IMG/VR virus record: IMGVR_UViG_3300033146_003848
Coordinates: 64,001-128,000 of that record
Reading direction: 5' to 3' (one strand)
Length of the DNA stretch: 64,000 nt
Source: a virus
Shown here: positions 1-10,985 of the stretch, piece after piece
Layout of the letters: the number at the start of each line of letters is the position of its first letter
Position numbering within the stretch: the stretch's first letter is position 1
The notes under the pieces: model-generated
What the model was told of the DNA's origin: nothing
Seen by the model: only the letters and a program-made list of their open reading frames with translations
The model's database searches: none
Position numbers and translations under genes: made by a program

Positions 1-876
1 AAAGGATATGAAGAGGTTTCTGTTGCAGGTAGTTTAATTGATGATTTATTCATAAATAAATCATTACCTAAAGATGCATTATTGAACGTTGAAATATTCC
101 CAAATGCATATTATCATTTAAAAAATGAAGATGGTGGAAATCAACAAGCGATTGTTAGATATGATCCGTTTCTTGAAAAGTTTACTCCATTGAAGACGAA
201 TAAAAATATTTCTAGTATAAGTCCTAGGAATGCGGCTCAAAAGATTGCATTGGAGTTAATATTAGATGATAGAGTTAAGTTGGTGAGTTTACTAGGAAAG
301 GCAGGAACGGGAAAGACTCTATTAGCCATTGCCGCAGGACTTCAGATGGTCGCAGAAGATGGTAAATATTCTAAAATGTCTGTTTCTAAACCCGTTATTC
401 CTATGGGAAAAGATATTGGATATCTTCCCGGTAGTATGGAAGAGAAAATGCGACCTTGGATACAACCTATTATGGATAATTTAGAGGTAGTTCTATATGG
501 TCATGGATTCAATTATACTCATTCTAAACTGGGAAAAATGAATAGTGTGGAAGATTTCGTTGAAAGTGGTCTTATAGAAGTTGAAGCCTTAACTTATATT
601 AGAGGTAGAAGTATTCCTAATCAATTTATTATAGTCGATGAAGTTCAAAATCTTAGTTCTGCTGAAATTAAAACTATTCTAACTAGAGTTGGAGAGGGAA
701 CAAAGATTATTCTAACTGGAGATCCATATCAAGTAGATAATGTTTATCTCGATGAGAATTCAAATGCTCTAGTATATATCATGGAAAAATTTAAAGATCA
801 GCCAATAGCCGGACATATCATTCTCGAGAAAGGTGAGAGAAGTGAACTCGCCGAAATAGCCTCTAATATCCTATAA
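1..876 (+). CDS. phoH: PhoH-family ATPase, 5' part outside the window (probably PIN-PhoH type)
   Basis: Frame is open from base 1. Walker A GKAGTGKT, GYLPG, and RGRSIPNQFIIVDEVQNL are typical PhoH motifs. Confidence 0.9.
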   Translation, partial: KGYEEVSVAGSLIDDLFINKSLPKDALLNVEIFPNAYYHLKNEDGGNQQAIVRYDPFLEKFTPLKTNKNISSISPRNAAQKIALELILDDRVKLVSLLGKAGTGKTLLAIAAGLQMVAEDGKYSKMSVSKPVIPMGKDIGYLPGSMEEKMRPWIQPIMDNLEVVLYGHGFNYTHSKLGKMNSVEDFVESGLIEVEALTYIRGRSIPNQFIIVDEVQNLSSAEIKTILTRVGEGTKIILTGDPYQVDNVYLDENSNALVYIMEKFKDQPIAGHIILEKGERSELAEIASNIL

Positions 877-958
877 TTCCACAATAAATTATATTTGACA
901 TTTTTCTTTTTTTATGATATATTAATATGTACTTGATGAACTTTATGTTGAGGGAATT

Positions 959-1330
959 ATGATTATTCTTGGGATTATTTTTTTAGTAGTATCATTCTTA
1001 ATATTGTTTATTGCGATAGCCACTGATGATATTGATGAGTTATGGAAAATGATTTTACTTTTTTTCATACTTGGAGTTTTAATAACAACTTATGATTTAT
1101 CAAGTTCGACTACTGCTGAATCCAATTTAACATATGAATTAAATCTAACCGATGATATGAATTCGTCATGTGGACTTTGGATCGTCAATCGAATCGAATT
1201 TTCACCTACATTTTTGGGCACATTGAGTCAATATTCAACTAAAATTGAAAAGATTCGTCGAGTTATGACTTGTTCGGAGTTACAGAATAATATTATGAGT
1301 GTGAGTATGAAAAATGGAGATAAAAAATGA
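959..1330 (+). CDS. Membrane protein, paralog 1 of a tandem trio
   Basis: Two N-terminal hydrophobic segments; YD, CGLW and TCSELQ motifs shared with the next two ORFs. Confidence 0.7.
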   Translation: MIILGIIFLVVSFLILFIAIATDDIDELWKMILLFFILGVLITTYDLSSSTTAESNLTYELNLTDDMNSSCGLWIVNRIEFSPTFLGTLSQYSTKIEKIRRVMTCSELQNNIMSVSMKNGDKK

Positions 1331-1692
1331 TCATGTTGGGATTTTGTATTATATTTTCTATGATCTCGTTATTATTCCAACAATTCCTAGAGCAAGAGTT
1401 ATTTACTAAAGCATCTAGTATTTTTACTTTAATTTTATTATTAGGAGTATCATGTATCATGTATGACCTGATGAGTCCTGTTACCACAACATCATCAGGT
1501 ACTCCTATATTTACTATTGATGCTGATGCTGATGAGTGTGTTGTTTGGGTTACACGATCCACTATTACTGAATCTACATGGATAGGAGCCATATCTGGCG
1601 ATGAGATCTTGGAAACAAACGTGAAATTACATAGAAGTTGTTCGGAGTTACAGCGATTTTTAAATAAAAAGAATGTGGAGAATATTAAATGA
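1327..1692 (+). CDS. Membrane protein, paralog 2
   Basis: Two hydrophobic segments; YD, CVVW, GAIS, SCSELQ; ATGA overlap with the upstream ORF. Confidence 0.7.
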   Translation: MIMLGFCIIFSMISLLFQQFLEQELFTKASSIFTLILLLGVSCIMYDLMSPVTTTSSGTPIFTIDADADECVVWVTRSTITESTWIGAISGDEILETNVKLHRSCSELQRFLNKKNVENIK

Positions 1693-2063
1693 TAGTTGTA
1701 GGGGTGTTGATTTTTGTAATTACGTTAATTATAGCGATGGAGAGAATGAGATTCGGGATCACACTCATAGTCTCTCTTCTGTTGAGTATTTTGATTGGAG
1801 CATATGATATTTTTAGTCCTACTATAGAGAAGATTTCATATTCAATTCGCGTTATTGATAGTGAAGTTGAAGGTGTTGATGACTATGATTGTGGTATTTG
1901 GAAATATAAGATTTATAATTATCCTCCGATTTTCCCAGGAGCAGTTATAAGTTCTCCAACAAAGGTAGTGAAAATAAAGAAACTTATGAGTTGTGTTGAT
2001 TTAAAACTTGAGTTGAATCCAATTCAAGTATCAGATGAAAATGAGGATATTCATATGAAATAA
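1689..2063 (+). CDS. Membrane protein, paralog 3
   Basis: Two hydrophobic segments; YD, CGIW, GAVIS, SCVDLK; ATGA overlap. Confidence 0.7.
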   Translation: MIVVGVLIFVITLIIAMERMRFGITLIVSLLLSILIGAYDIFSPTIEKISYSIRVIDSEVEGVDDYDCGIWKYKIYNYPPIFPGAVISSPTKVVKIKKLMSCVDLKLELNPIQVSDENEDIHMK

Positions 2064-2137
2064 TAATTGACAATGTATCAATTATATGTTATATTATATA
2101 TGTAATTTGATGACTGAAGTTTAGTGAGGAAAATAAA

Positions 2138-3241
2138 ATGGCAGAAATTGTAGTAGAAAAAGATTTAGATACTAATCGGAAAATTGATGATATGATTCAA
2201 TCGTTAGTCACTCAAAAGAAGTATGGAGATGCTTTTACTAAACTTGAGGAATTGGGACGAGAAGAATTGAAAGATAATCAACGTAAGATTGAGTTGTTGG
2301 GAGTAAGAGTTTCCAATGTTATGAATAGGTATAAGTCAAAAGGAGTTCAGAATCAAACTGATGCTTTAGTGGAACTAAAGAATGTTATGGAATCGGTTAA
2401 TCCTCATTCGATAGAACAGGGAGGATTTTTAGCGAAACTTCCAATTTTAGGACCCATATTTAAGCCAGCATTGAAGAAAGTTATAAGTACTATCTCTGAA
2501 AATTATGGGACAGTTCAAGATCAAATATCAGACATTCGAAATAGTATTCAAATAACTATGGATGAAATATTGAAAGATTCAAATGAATTGAAGCAGTTCC
2601 ATGCTCAAATTGAAGAAAGTGTTGATAATTTAGAAGAGGTTCAAAACTTTGCTACAATGTTGATTGATAAATTGGAAGTTTTAAAAGATGAAAAGATCGC
2701 TGAAAATGCTCCTCAGAATGAGATTGATCATATCGATAGTGCTATCATGCAAGCAAGTAGGAAAGCCAGAACAGTTGCTGAAAAATTAGTTGTTAATTCA
2801 CAATCACTATTGACTATAGATACTATCATTAAAGATAATGTATTAGTTCATGCTGAAATGGAAAGTACTTCGGATATCACCCAAACAGTTATGATGGTAG
2901 GAATTACTCAATCTATGGCATTAGAGAGACAAAGTAATAATATCAATGGTATCAAAAAGATGCGAGATTTTAACAATATTACGCTAAAACAAAACGCAGA
3001 AAACTTAGCCACTAATACTGAAAATATAGTGAGACTTTATAATAGTTCAGTTATAGATTTACCTGAATTTAAGAATAACTATGATAAGATTATGAAATCG
3101 ATATCAAAAATTAAAAATGTTCAATCCGAAGGTTATGAGCAAATGAAAAATGATATTAATCAAATGAAATTTATGAATGAACAGATGAAACGTGAAACAG
3201 CATTATTAGACTCCAACTCAACGATACAAATTGAGAGATAA
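2138..3241 (+). CDS. TelA/KlaB-like toxic anion resistance family protein
   Basis: 367 aa helical/coiled-coil protein with the GGFLAKL...Y.TVQDQI.DI...L.KD...L pattern of TelA; own promoter at 2067 and GAGG RBS. Confidence 0.7.
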   Translation: MAEIVVEKDLDTNRKIDDMIQSLVTQKKYGDAFTKLEELGREELKDNQRKIELLGVRVSNVMNRYKSKGVQNQTDALVELKNVMESVNPHSIEQGGFLAKLPILGPIFKPALKKVISTISENYGTVQDQISDIRNSIQITMDEILKDSNELKQFHAQIEESVDNLEEVQNFATMLIDKLEVLKDEKIAENAPQNEIDHIDSAIMQASRKARTVAEKLVVNSQSLLTIDTIIKDNVLVHAEMESTSDITQTVMMVGITQSMALERQSNNINGIKKMRDFNNITLKQNAENLATNTENIVRLYNSSVIDLPEFKNNYDKIMKSISKIKNVQSEGYEQMKNDINQMKFMNEQMKRETALLDSNSTIQIER

Positions 3242-3243
3242 CT

Positions 3244-3684
3244 ATGATAATTTCAAGTTTTGATAAAATAGTATTTAATGACGTGAGTGAACGCGATGTT
3301 GAAGATATTCAACTTTTCTTGGAGCATAAGAGACAGGAAAGTTCTTCTGAATTATTTGAGTCGGTTGAGTTCAGTCTGGAATCTCAGTTTGATTGGTTAA
3401 ATAGTAAGCAACAATTAACTGTAAAGTTTAGTTCTTCGCTCCCTGTGAAGTTTTATCGAGAGTTGATTAATAGAGGACACAATAAGTTTTGGGAATTATC
3501 ATATGAATCAAAATCGTGGATGCAGTTGTATGAAAATGATATTGCTGAATTATTCCATAGAATAGTTCATGTTGACGAAATGGATGGAAATTTAGTTTTC
3601 ATTGTCAATAATGATACTGATATAAATTTTAAAAAGGTCATTTATGATATTAAAAATAATTATTTTAAAGAGAGTAGCAAATGA
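3244..3684 (+). CDS. Hypothetical protein
   Basis: 146 aa ORF tightly packed in the operon. Confidence 0.6.
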   Translation: MIISSFDKIVFNDVSERDVEDIQLFLEHKRQESSSELFESVEFSLESQFDWLNSKQQLTVKFSSSLPVKFYRELINRGHNKFWELSYESKSWMQLYENDIAELFHRIVHVDEMDGNLVFIVNNDTDINFKKVIYDIKNNYFKESSK

Positions 3685-4835
3685 TACCTAGTAGCAATCA
3701 ACATATTATAACATCCTTGCGTGATAGACTATTGCAGAAACAGAGAGAAGATTTAACATCCAACTCTCAAATGGAACCAATTAGTCAAACTATTTATAAT
3801 TCAGTGGGTTTCCAAAATGTTATTGAATCTGATGATTTTAGAGATGATATACGTAGAGTTCAAGATATTATGAAAACGTTTAATACAGATAAAGGACGAA
3901 AAGGATTTGAGTTAGGAGATAAAGTGATAATTAATCCTGAAACTTATCTTGCAACAATATCTTCAGTTATTTCAGAATCAAGTGGTCAAAAGTATGGTTT
4001 AACTTTGGCTGATGGGTCAAAACTCAAGTGTCTTTATCCTGAAAATGAATTGATTGCTCGAAGATATGATGAAAGTCGAGTTGATGAAATAATTAAAGTG
4101 TTGGTTGAGGTTCAAGAATTGAATTTGAAATTGGCATCTAGACATGCTTCAGATCAAAAGAATATTGAAGATCTCGTTAGTGTTTATGATGTTTTAGAGA
4201 TCTCTAGGGATAAATTGAAAGAATCTCTCCAAAAGATAGAACTTGAATTCAAAGAATTTCAAGATAATCAAGACGAGAAACTGGAAGATTTATCGTTAAG
4301 GCTAACTAAACAACTGTATGATGAAAAAAAAGAAGAAATTCGTCAATTGAATGCTAAGGTTAAATATGCTGAAAAGACTGTTCGAGAATATAAGAAAAAT
4401 GATAGTGAAAATACTAAAAGTCGTTCAGTTTTAAATGATAGAGTTAGTATTTTGGAGCGACAATTGTCAAGCCAACTTGAACGTGAACGAGTAGCAATTG
4501 CAGAAAAGCATACTATTTTGGAAGATGTTGAGCGACGAGAAAAGTCTAGTATTGCAGAGAGAATGGAATTATTAGATTTTTTTAATGAGCAGTTATCTTT
4601 TATTCAAAATGCTGAGTCTGAGAATGAGTTTTCTATAGATCAATTATTTACTAGATTGATTAAAATGATGAGACGAACTAAATGGTCAGATAATTCTCAT
4701 GAAATTATTTGGAGAATACCAAAGTATCAGAATCTGTTACGATATCTTTGTGAATCTTGTGATAGAACCTCACATAATACGATATTAATGCTTCATGATG
4801 GCGGTAAGATTGATTTGATTGATTTTTTAAATTAG
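3681..4835 (+). CDS. Coiled-coil hypothetical protein
   Basis: 384 aa with an E/K/L/R-rich heptad centre. Confidence 0.65.
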   Translation: MIPSSNQHIITSLRDRLLQKQREDLTSNSQMEPISQTIYNSVGFQNVIESDDFRDDIRRVQDIMKTFNTDKGRKGFELGDKVIINPETYLATISSVISESSGQKYGLTLADGSKLKCLYPENELIARRYDESRVDEIIKVLVEVQELNLKLASRHASDQKNIEDLVSVYDVLEISRDKLKESLQKIELEFKEFQDNQDEKLEDLSLRLTKQLYDEKKEEIRQLNAKVKYAEKTVREYKKNDSENTKSRSVLNDRVSILERQLSSQLERERVAIAEKHTILEDVERREKSSIAERMELLDFFNEQLSFIQNAESENEFSIDQLFTRLIKMMRRTKWSDNSHEIIWRIPKYQNLLRYLCESCDRTSHNTILMLHDGGKIDLIDFLN

Positions 4836-5597
4836 GAGATATAATGCAAAGTTATTTAGAAATGGTTACTGAATCATTATTGGAGAATAAATCCAACTAT
4901 TGTACTCGTGAAGTTCATGGAACTTGTTGTAATGTTGAAGTGGATGTGGAATTTTAATCCTCATTCTTTAGAGAGTTTTTGAGTGATTGATGCTAGGAAT
5001 AAATGAATTATCAACCAAAATAATAATTGAGTCAAGGGAGAATTTTCAATGAAAGAAACAAAAACTAGACGATGGTTAGTCCGAGGGATATTTGTAACAT
5101 TTGTCGTTGGTATCTCTTCGTTTATTGTTCATGAAAAAAGAGAAAGTGTATCTATCACTACTAATATTGGCAAACATATATTGGAGAATAAGCCATTGAA
5201 TGGGTTTAAACTCTCATCGTTGCGACCTGGTGAATGTTATCCTCAGACTGACATTAAAAAATCTTTTGATGATGGCTATTATATGATATTGAAAGATGGA
5301 ATATGTAGAGATTTGAATAATGATATATATCATATTAGGTTGAGCGGATGTAATAGAGAGATATGTTTAATTAATGCTAAATTAGATGCGGGAGTACATA
5401 TACGATGACATCTACAACAAGACATTGTGTGATTATAGGAAAAAACAGCACGAGTGAACATTCATTCACTATAGTATTAGGAGACAACTTAATCACAACA
5501 GATCAATTTCAATTAGTATTTGGTACCGCTGAGTCTCCAAAATATATTAAATTAAATGCTAATGACTATTTTAATATGAGAGATATTTTAGTGAGGT

Positions 5598-6167
5598 ATG
5601 ATGACTAAATTGAATTTTAATTATGATGAAGCATTGCGATATAGTAAATATTTTGCAAAGAAGTTTTTTCATAATACAATATATTATGATGATGCTGTAT
5701 CTCATGGACTTTTGGAAACTGCTAGAGCGTGGGAAAAATTTGATCCATCTCGAGATATTAAATTTAAAACGTTTTTGGGTAAGCATTTAACTCTTTCTAT
5801 GCAGAATTATTGGAGATCAATGAATCGGAATCTAGAACGGAATATTGGAGTAACTTCAATTGATGATGTTATTGAATCTCATTTGCCTAGTGAAAATGAT
5901 CAAATAAATTTAGATCTTCAACGTTGTTCGCGACTAGTTAATCAGGCTCTTATTGAATTTAAAATGGGGGAAAACCATAAAATGCGACTTGATATAATTA
6001 AGGTGTTATATGAAAAGTTTTATTTAGAGCGAGAGCAAACTGAAACAGCAAAGGATATGAATCTTAGTCGTCAGAGAATTAAACAACTGGAACTACAGGG
6101 ACTAACATACATTAAGAATCATTTAAATAGAGTTCTAGGAAAACGTCATGCTAATCCATTTAAATAG
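5598..6167 (+). CDS. Phage-encoded sigma70-family RNA polymerase sigma factor
   Basis: Region-2-like GLLETARAWEKFDPSRDIKFKTF and region-4 HTH QTETAKDMNLSRQRIKQLE. Confidence 0.75.
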   Translation: MMTKLNFNYDEALRYSKYFAKKFFHNTIYYDDAVSHGLLETARAWEKFDPSRDIKFKTFLGKHLTLSMQNYWRSMNRNLERNIGVTSIDDVIESHLPSENDQINLDLQRCSRLVNQALIEFKMGENHKMRLDIIKVLYEKFYLEREQTETAKDMNLSRQRIKQLELQGLTYIKNHLNRVLGKRHANPFK

Positions 6168-6266
6168 CAGGATTACATAGATACAATTTTAAGTTATATA
6201 AAAATTGACTTTTTCAAATAAAAACGCTATACTAAATATAGAAAATTGAGAATAAAGAGGAAAATA

Positions 6267-7919
6267 ATGCTACAGTATCGAGAATTAATTCAAAAGTATT
6301 TTATGAAATCGAAATTTAAACCTCGTAAAGGTCAAATTGAAATCATTAATGATATTCTAACTAAGTATGTTGATGAGCAAAAACGATATGTGATTTTAGC
6401 CGGAAGTACAGGTATAGGAAAGTCGTTGATTGCGTTGATAGTTTCTGAATGTTTAAATGAATTGAAAGGACATAAAGATGTAAATCAATCATATATCGTG
6501 GCTCATACTAATGCATTATTGAAACAATATTATGATTCATATGAGGATGGATTTGATATTCTCAAGGTAATGGGTCGAAGTAATTATAAATGTTCGGTTA
6601 TGATGGGAACAGCAGAGCATTGCATTCGCTCACCTAAAAATTCTAGTGGAATTGATAATTGGTGTCGCACTTGTGAATATTTGAGAATTAAGCGAGAAGT
6701 GCATAAAGTGGATCATTTTTGCACAAATTACTCATATCTATTTACTGCTATGGGTTCTATGAAAAAGAGGATGATTACTATATTTGATGAGACACATTTG
6801 TTGAATGAGCAATATGTTAATCATGCTAAGATTGAATTGACTCCAATCATTTTGACAAAAATGATTGGAGATATGAAGAAACTTGGATATACTCAACAAG
6901 AAGATGTATTGAAGCAAACTCAAAGATTCTTAACTGCAAATAAGGTTCATGATAATAATTATATTGCATTTTTAGAAAAAATGCGAGATGTGTTTGAAAA
7001 GGTAGTGAGTCTAATTTCCGTTGAAATGGTGTCAGCATTGACTAATGATAATAAGAAAGAGTATGTGATGTTAAATAGCATAAATGCGAAATATGATATT
7101 ATGCTCGATAGAATTAATAAATTTTTAGATGAAAACTATGAGCATGTTGTTGATATTAAAGAAGGGTCATTCATTCTCTCTGCTATATTTATGAGAGATA
7201 TGTTCCAAACTATTGATACATCTAAGTATTATTTATTCATGAGTGCTACTATAGATAAGGAATATTTAATAACAACTCTATCGTTAGATTCGGATGATGT
7301 TGCATTTGTACAACCAGAACCAGTATTTAATCCTGAACACAAGAATGTTATTCTTTGTGATTTTGCATCTTTAAATTATAGGAACATGAGTGATGATAAA
7401 TTTATGACCTCATTATCTGATCAGATCCATACTATAATAAAAAATCATCCAGATGAAAAGGGAGTTATTCAAGTCACAAGTTTCAAAACAGGAAACTTTA
7501 TAGCCAAACGATTAAAAAATTATATTTTTGATAATCGATTGAATTTGAAAGTAGTACTACAATCATCTAAGAAGCCTTTGAAAGTGTTATTGGAAGAACA
7601 TAAAGATAGTGAGAAGCCAACTATATTAATAAGTCCTAGTTTATTTGAAGGAATTGATTTGCCAGATGACGATTGTAGATTTCAAATCTTAGTTAAGGCT
7701 CCGTATTACTCTTTAGGAGATAAACGAATAAAATATATACTAGATCGATTCCCAAAGATTTATACTAAGTTAGCGACGTTTAGAATGGTTCAAGCGATAG
7801 GTAGAGGAGTTCGTTCGGAAGAGGACTTTTGTGATAATTATTTTATAGATTCTAATTTGAATAGGTTATTCTTTAGTGAACATAATCTATGGCAAAATGA
7901 ATGTACAATCATTAAGTAG
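6267..7919 (+). CDS. DinG/XPD-like SF2 helicase
   Basis: Q motif PRKGQ, Walker A GSTGIGKS, DETH, SAT, EGIDLPDD, QAIGRGVRSEED; Cys cluster compatible with Fe-S. ATG at 6267 follows a GAGG RBS. Confidence 0.88.
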   Translation: MLQYRELIQKYFMKSKFKPRKGQIEIINDILTKYVDEQKRYVILAGSTGIGKSLIALIVSECLNELKGHKDVNQSYIVAHTNALLKQYYDSYEDGFDILKVMGRSNYKCSVMMGTAEHCIRSPKNSSGIDNWCRTCEYLRIKREVHKVDHFCTNYSYLFTAMGSMKKRMITIFDETHLLNEQYVNHAKIELTPIILTKMIGDMKKLGYTQQEDVLKQTQRFLTANKVHDNNYIAFLEKMRDVFEKVVSLISVEMVSALTNDNKKEYVMLNSINAKYDIMLDRINKFLDENYEHVVDIKEGSFILSAIFMRDMFQTIDTSKYYLFMSATIDKEYLITTLSLDSDDVAFVQPEPVFNPEHKNVILCDFASLNYRNMSDDKFMTSLSDQIHTIIKNHPDEKGVIQVTSFKTGNFIAKRLKNYIFDNRLNLKVVLQSSKKPLKVLLEEHKDSEKPTILISPSLFEGIDLPDDDCRFQILVKAPYYSLGDKRIKYILDRFPKIYTKLATFRMVQAIGRGVRSEEDFCDNYFIDSNLNRLFFSEHNLWQNECTIIK

Positions 7920-8112
7920 TGAAGAAAAGAATAATGATTTAACTCTCAATGCACTTATCGATATGTATCAGCGAGAAATTAACGAATCTCATGCTGTCAA
8001 TGATCATATATTTTGAATAGAGTTATTTTAGATTTAGAAATTGATTTAGGACATTAAATGTGTCGATTTTAATTGAATATTGATATATTATACTAATTAA
8101 TATGAGGAAATA

Positions 8113-9138
8113 ATGAAGTTAGAAAGAATAAAAATAGTTGAAACTGAATATGGAAAGACCGGTAGATCTAAGAATTATAATTTCAACTTTAATAAAATCG
8201 ATGGATCATTTATGCGTTGGGGTCAAACTAAAGATGATGATCCTGAGTTTGGATATCCTGAGATTTTAGATTTAGAAATATCTGAGATTTGTAATATGGG
8301 ATGTAAGTTTTGCTACAAATCAAATGTTGAATATTCTGGTAGGAATATGACTTTGGACACATTTAAAATCATTGTTTCTAAGATGCCCAAGACAATTACT
8401 CAAATTGCATTCGGAATTGGAGATATAGATACAAATCCAGATTTAGCAGACATCATTAGATATAGTAGAAATCACGGTATAATTCCAAATTTAACGATTA
8501 ATGGAAGTGGATTGACTGATTGGTGGGCAGACTTTTTCTCAGAATGGTTAGGAGCAATAGCCGTTAGTATTTACGATAAGAATTTATCATTTAATGCTAT
8601 TGAAAAATTAACGTCTAGAGGGATGAAGCAGGTAAATGTTCATTTTATGATATCAAAAGAAACAAAGAGTCAAGCGATTGCAATGATTGATCATATTAAA
8701 AGTGATCCTCGTTTGAAGAAAATGAATGCTTTAGTGTTTTTATCATTAAAGCCTAAAGGTAGAGGAGAAACGTTCCATGCTCTTTCTCAAGATGAATTTA
8801 ATGAAATAGTAAACTATGCTATTCGTCAGGAAATATCAATGGGATTTGATTCATGTAGTGCTCCGAAATATTTAGAATGTATTAAGAATGATTTGGATTT
8901 TAAAGAAAAGGAACAATTAGTGGAGCCTTGTGAGAGTGGACTATTCTCTTCATATATCAATGTTGCTGGGGAATTTTTCCCTTGTAGTTTCGCAGAGAAT
9001 CATTCGTCATGGACTACAGGAATTGATGTGATTCATTGTGATACTTTTTTGCAAGATGTTTGGTCGCATCCTAGAGTTATAGAATGGAAAAAGAATTTAC
9101 TTAAAAACTGTAGAAATTGTCCGATTTATAATGTTTGA
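8113..9138 (+). CDS. Radical SAM enzyme with C-terminal SPASM/twitch-like Cys motifs
   Basis: CNMGCKFC (CxxxCxxC); C-terminal CESG..YINVAGEFFPCSF...CRNCP. Confidence 0.88.
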   Translation: MKLERIKIVETEYGKTGRSKNYNFNFNKIDGSFMRWGQTKDDDPEFGYPEILDLEISEICNMGCKFCYKSNVEYSGRNMTLDTFKIIVSKMPKTITQIAFGIGDIDTNPDLADIIRYSRNHGIIPNLTINGSGLTDWWADFFSEWLGAIAVSIYDKNLSFNAIEKLTSRGMKQVNVHFMISKETKSQAIAMIDHIKSDPRLKKMNALVFLSLKPKGRGETFHALSQDEFNEIVNYAIRQEISMGFDSCSAPKYLECIKNDLDFKEKEQLVEPCESGLFSSYINVAGEFFPCSFAENHSSWTTGIDVIHCDTFLQDVWSHPRVIEWKKNLLKNCRNCPIYNV

Positions 9139-9146
9139 GGTATATA

Positions 9147-9821
9147 ATGAAAATTAGACATGGATTCGTAAGTAATAGTAGCAGTTCAAGTTTTATTGTT
9201 GCTATGAACGCTGATATTAATGATGATGTTGACCGTATGATGAGTCAATTAGGGGATGTTAGTGGTAAATATTCAAGTGCGTATTTTGATAATGAACAGA
9301 TAGCATCTCGAATTTGTTTAGATAAAGGTCAAATAGTTAGTCGAAAAATGTTTGTTCAATTATTGAAGAATAGTTATTATAATTTAATTGATGAATTCGA
9401 ATTAGAACGCACATTATCTGATGTATTTTTGGAGTATTTTCTTTATGATGATGAGGAGGAGGATGAAATTATTATTGAAGATTTGAGCGATAGAGAAGTT
9501 GCGTATTATTGGAGTCGAATATTACATAAGTATGATTTATATGTAGAGTGGGTTGAGGAGATGCGAGTGAATCGTAGACCTGATTTTTCAGAAATCAAAA
9601 AACAAATGAGCCCAAAGGCTACACTTGAAGAACTATCTCAAGAGTATGATTATCAAACTGAAGCGTGGGCAAATCGAGAATATGATTTATTATTATCAAA
9701 AATGAAGAATTATCAGCGATTGTATTTATTTGAATATGATGATTATTCTGAGTTTGAGGAGTATTTACAATATGGTAATATTTTTAGGAATTTACCGCAT
9801 ATAGTGTTGGGGAATCATTAA
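9147..9821 (+). CDS. Acidic protein with N-terminal GFVSNSSSSSF motif
   Basis: MKIRHGFVSNSSSSSFIV; ATG 9147 follows GAGG; directly downstream of the radical SAM gene. Confidence 0.75.
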   Translation: MKIRHGFVSNSSSSSFIVAMNADINDDVDRMMSQLGDVSGKYSSAYFDNEQIASRICLDKGQIVSRKMFVQLLKNSYYNLIDEFELERTLSDVFLEYFLYDDEEEDEIIIEDLSDREVAYYWSRILHKYDLYVEWVEEMRVNRRPDFSEIKKQMSPKATLEELSQEYDYQTEAWANREYDLLLSKMKNYQRLYLFEYDDYSEFEEYLQYGNIFRNLPHIVLGNH

Positions 9822-10133
9822 TGAGTTTACGAAAGATTTTGAGTAGATGGTTTAAAAAAGACTTCATTAGTCTAAAATGGGCATTTATTGACTTTAGATT
9901 GTGGGTTTTTGAATTGGAAGATAACAGTTCTGATCCTATTTGGATCGAAGAGTGCGATGTGGATATTAGATTTAAAAGTCATTATAAGGCTGTACCTTGG
10001 TATAAATGTATGTTTACATTTCGAATTCCATCACGAATTAGAAGTTATATATCTCATATAATATCGATTTTAGTGGGATTAATAGTGGGAATTGTTATAT
10101 CTGAAAATTATGAATTTTTAATGGAGGTATTTA

Positions 10134-10778
10134 ATGTTAGTTGATACTATTTTGAATCGTGTTAGTGTAGTTGAGGTGTTGGATTTAATTGGAGAGTATT
10201 ATTATGATGGTGACTATGAGTACTCGAATCGACAAGGATTCTTGAAAACAATTCAAGAATTATGTCAAACAACATATTTGAAATCGAACGATGGGTTGAT
10301 ATTAACTATCAATCATTATGTGGATGAATATGATGGTGATGAATTCGAACAAGTGTCAGCAATAAAGAAAGATGAATCATTCTCATGGTCATTATCTTTA
10401 ACACCGTGGGCAGAATGGTTGGGATTAGAAGTGTCTAAGGAGACATTGAATAAATACACTGAAGGTGAAATTATGGCTCACATTCTTTGGGAAATGACAT
10501 TTTATGGATTTGATAGTAAGTCCGTTGAATCTCAAAGAGCAGAAATTTTTCAATTAAGTGAGGATGCGAAGAATGATCCGTCTAGTTACGTTTCAATGGA
10601 TGAATTATTTGCTGATTATGATATTGATTCGAATTTAACTTTGTCTGAATCGTTCGCAAAAGAGAGTGCTGACATCCTCGATGATAAAGATCGAACTATT
10701 GCTTTTTTCCAAAAAGCGGGGACACATAACAATGATGGAACATTAACTGAAAGAAATTCGTCAGGAGAAACCGAATGA
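10134..10778 (+). CDS. Conserved hypothetical protein (DUF6557-like)
   Basis: LTPWAEWLG...AHILWEMTFYGF recalled from that family; not verified. Confidence 0.45.
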   Translation: MLVDTILNRVSVVEVLDLIGEYYYDGDYEYSNRQGFLKTIQELCQTTYLKSNDGLILTINHYVDEYDGDEFEQVSAIKKDESFSWSLSLTPWAEWLGLEVSKETLNKYTEGEIMAHILWEMTFYGFDSKSVESQRAEIFQLSEDAKNDPSSYVSMDELFADYDIDSNLTLSESFAKESADILDDKDRTIAFFQKAGTHNNDGTLTERNSSGETE

Positions 10779-10985
10779 ATTGGAAGTATAGTCATATAAC
10801 TCCATCTGGAGGGCATTTATATGAGCATATTAAAGAAGATCGAATAGTTGTGATTTATTCAAATCATTGTATATTTTATATGAATAGACATTTGAATATT
10901 CCATCAGCAACTGAGTTGTATTCTAGAATGCTACCGTTTATGTATAGTAAAAGTATTCGACGAAATGTCACGTTACGGAGATAAT

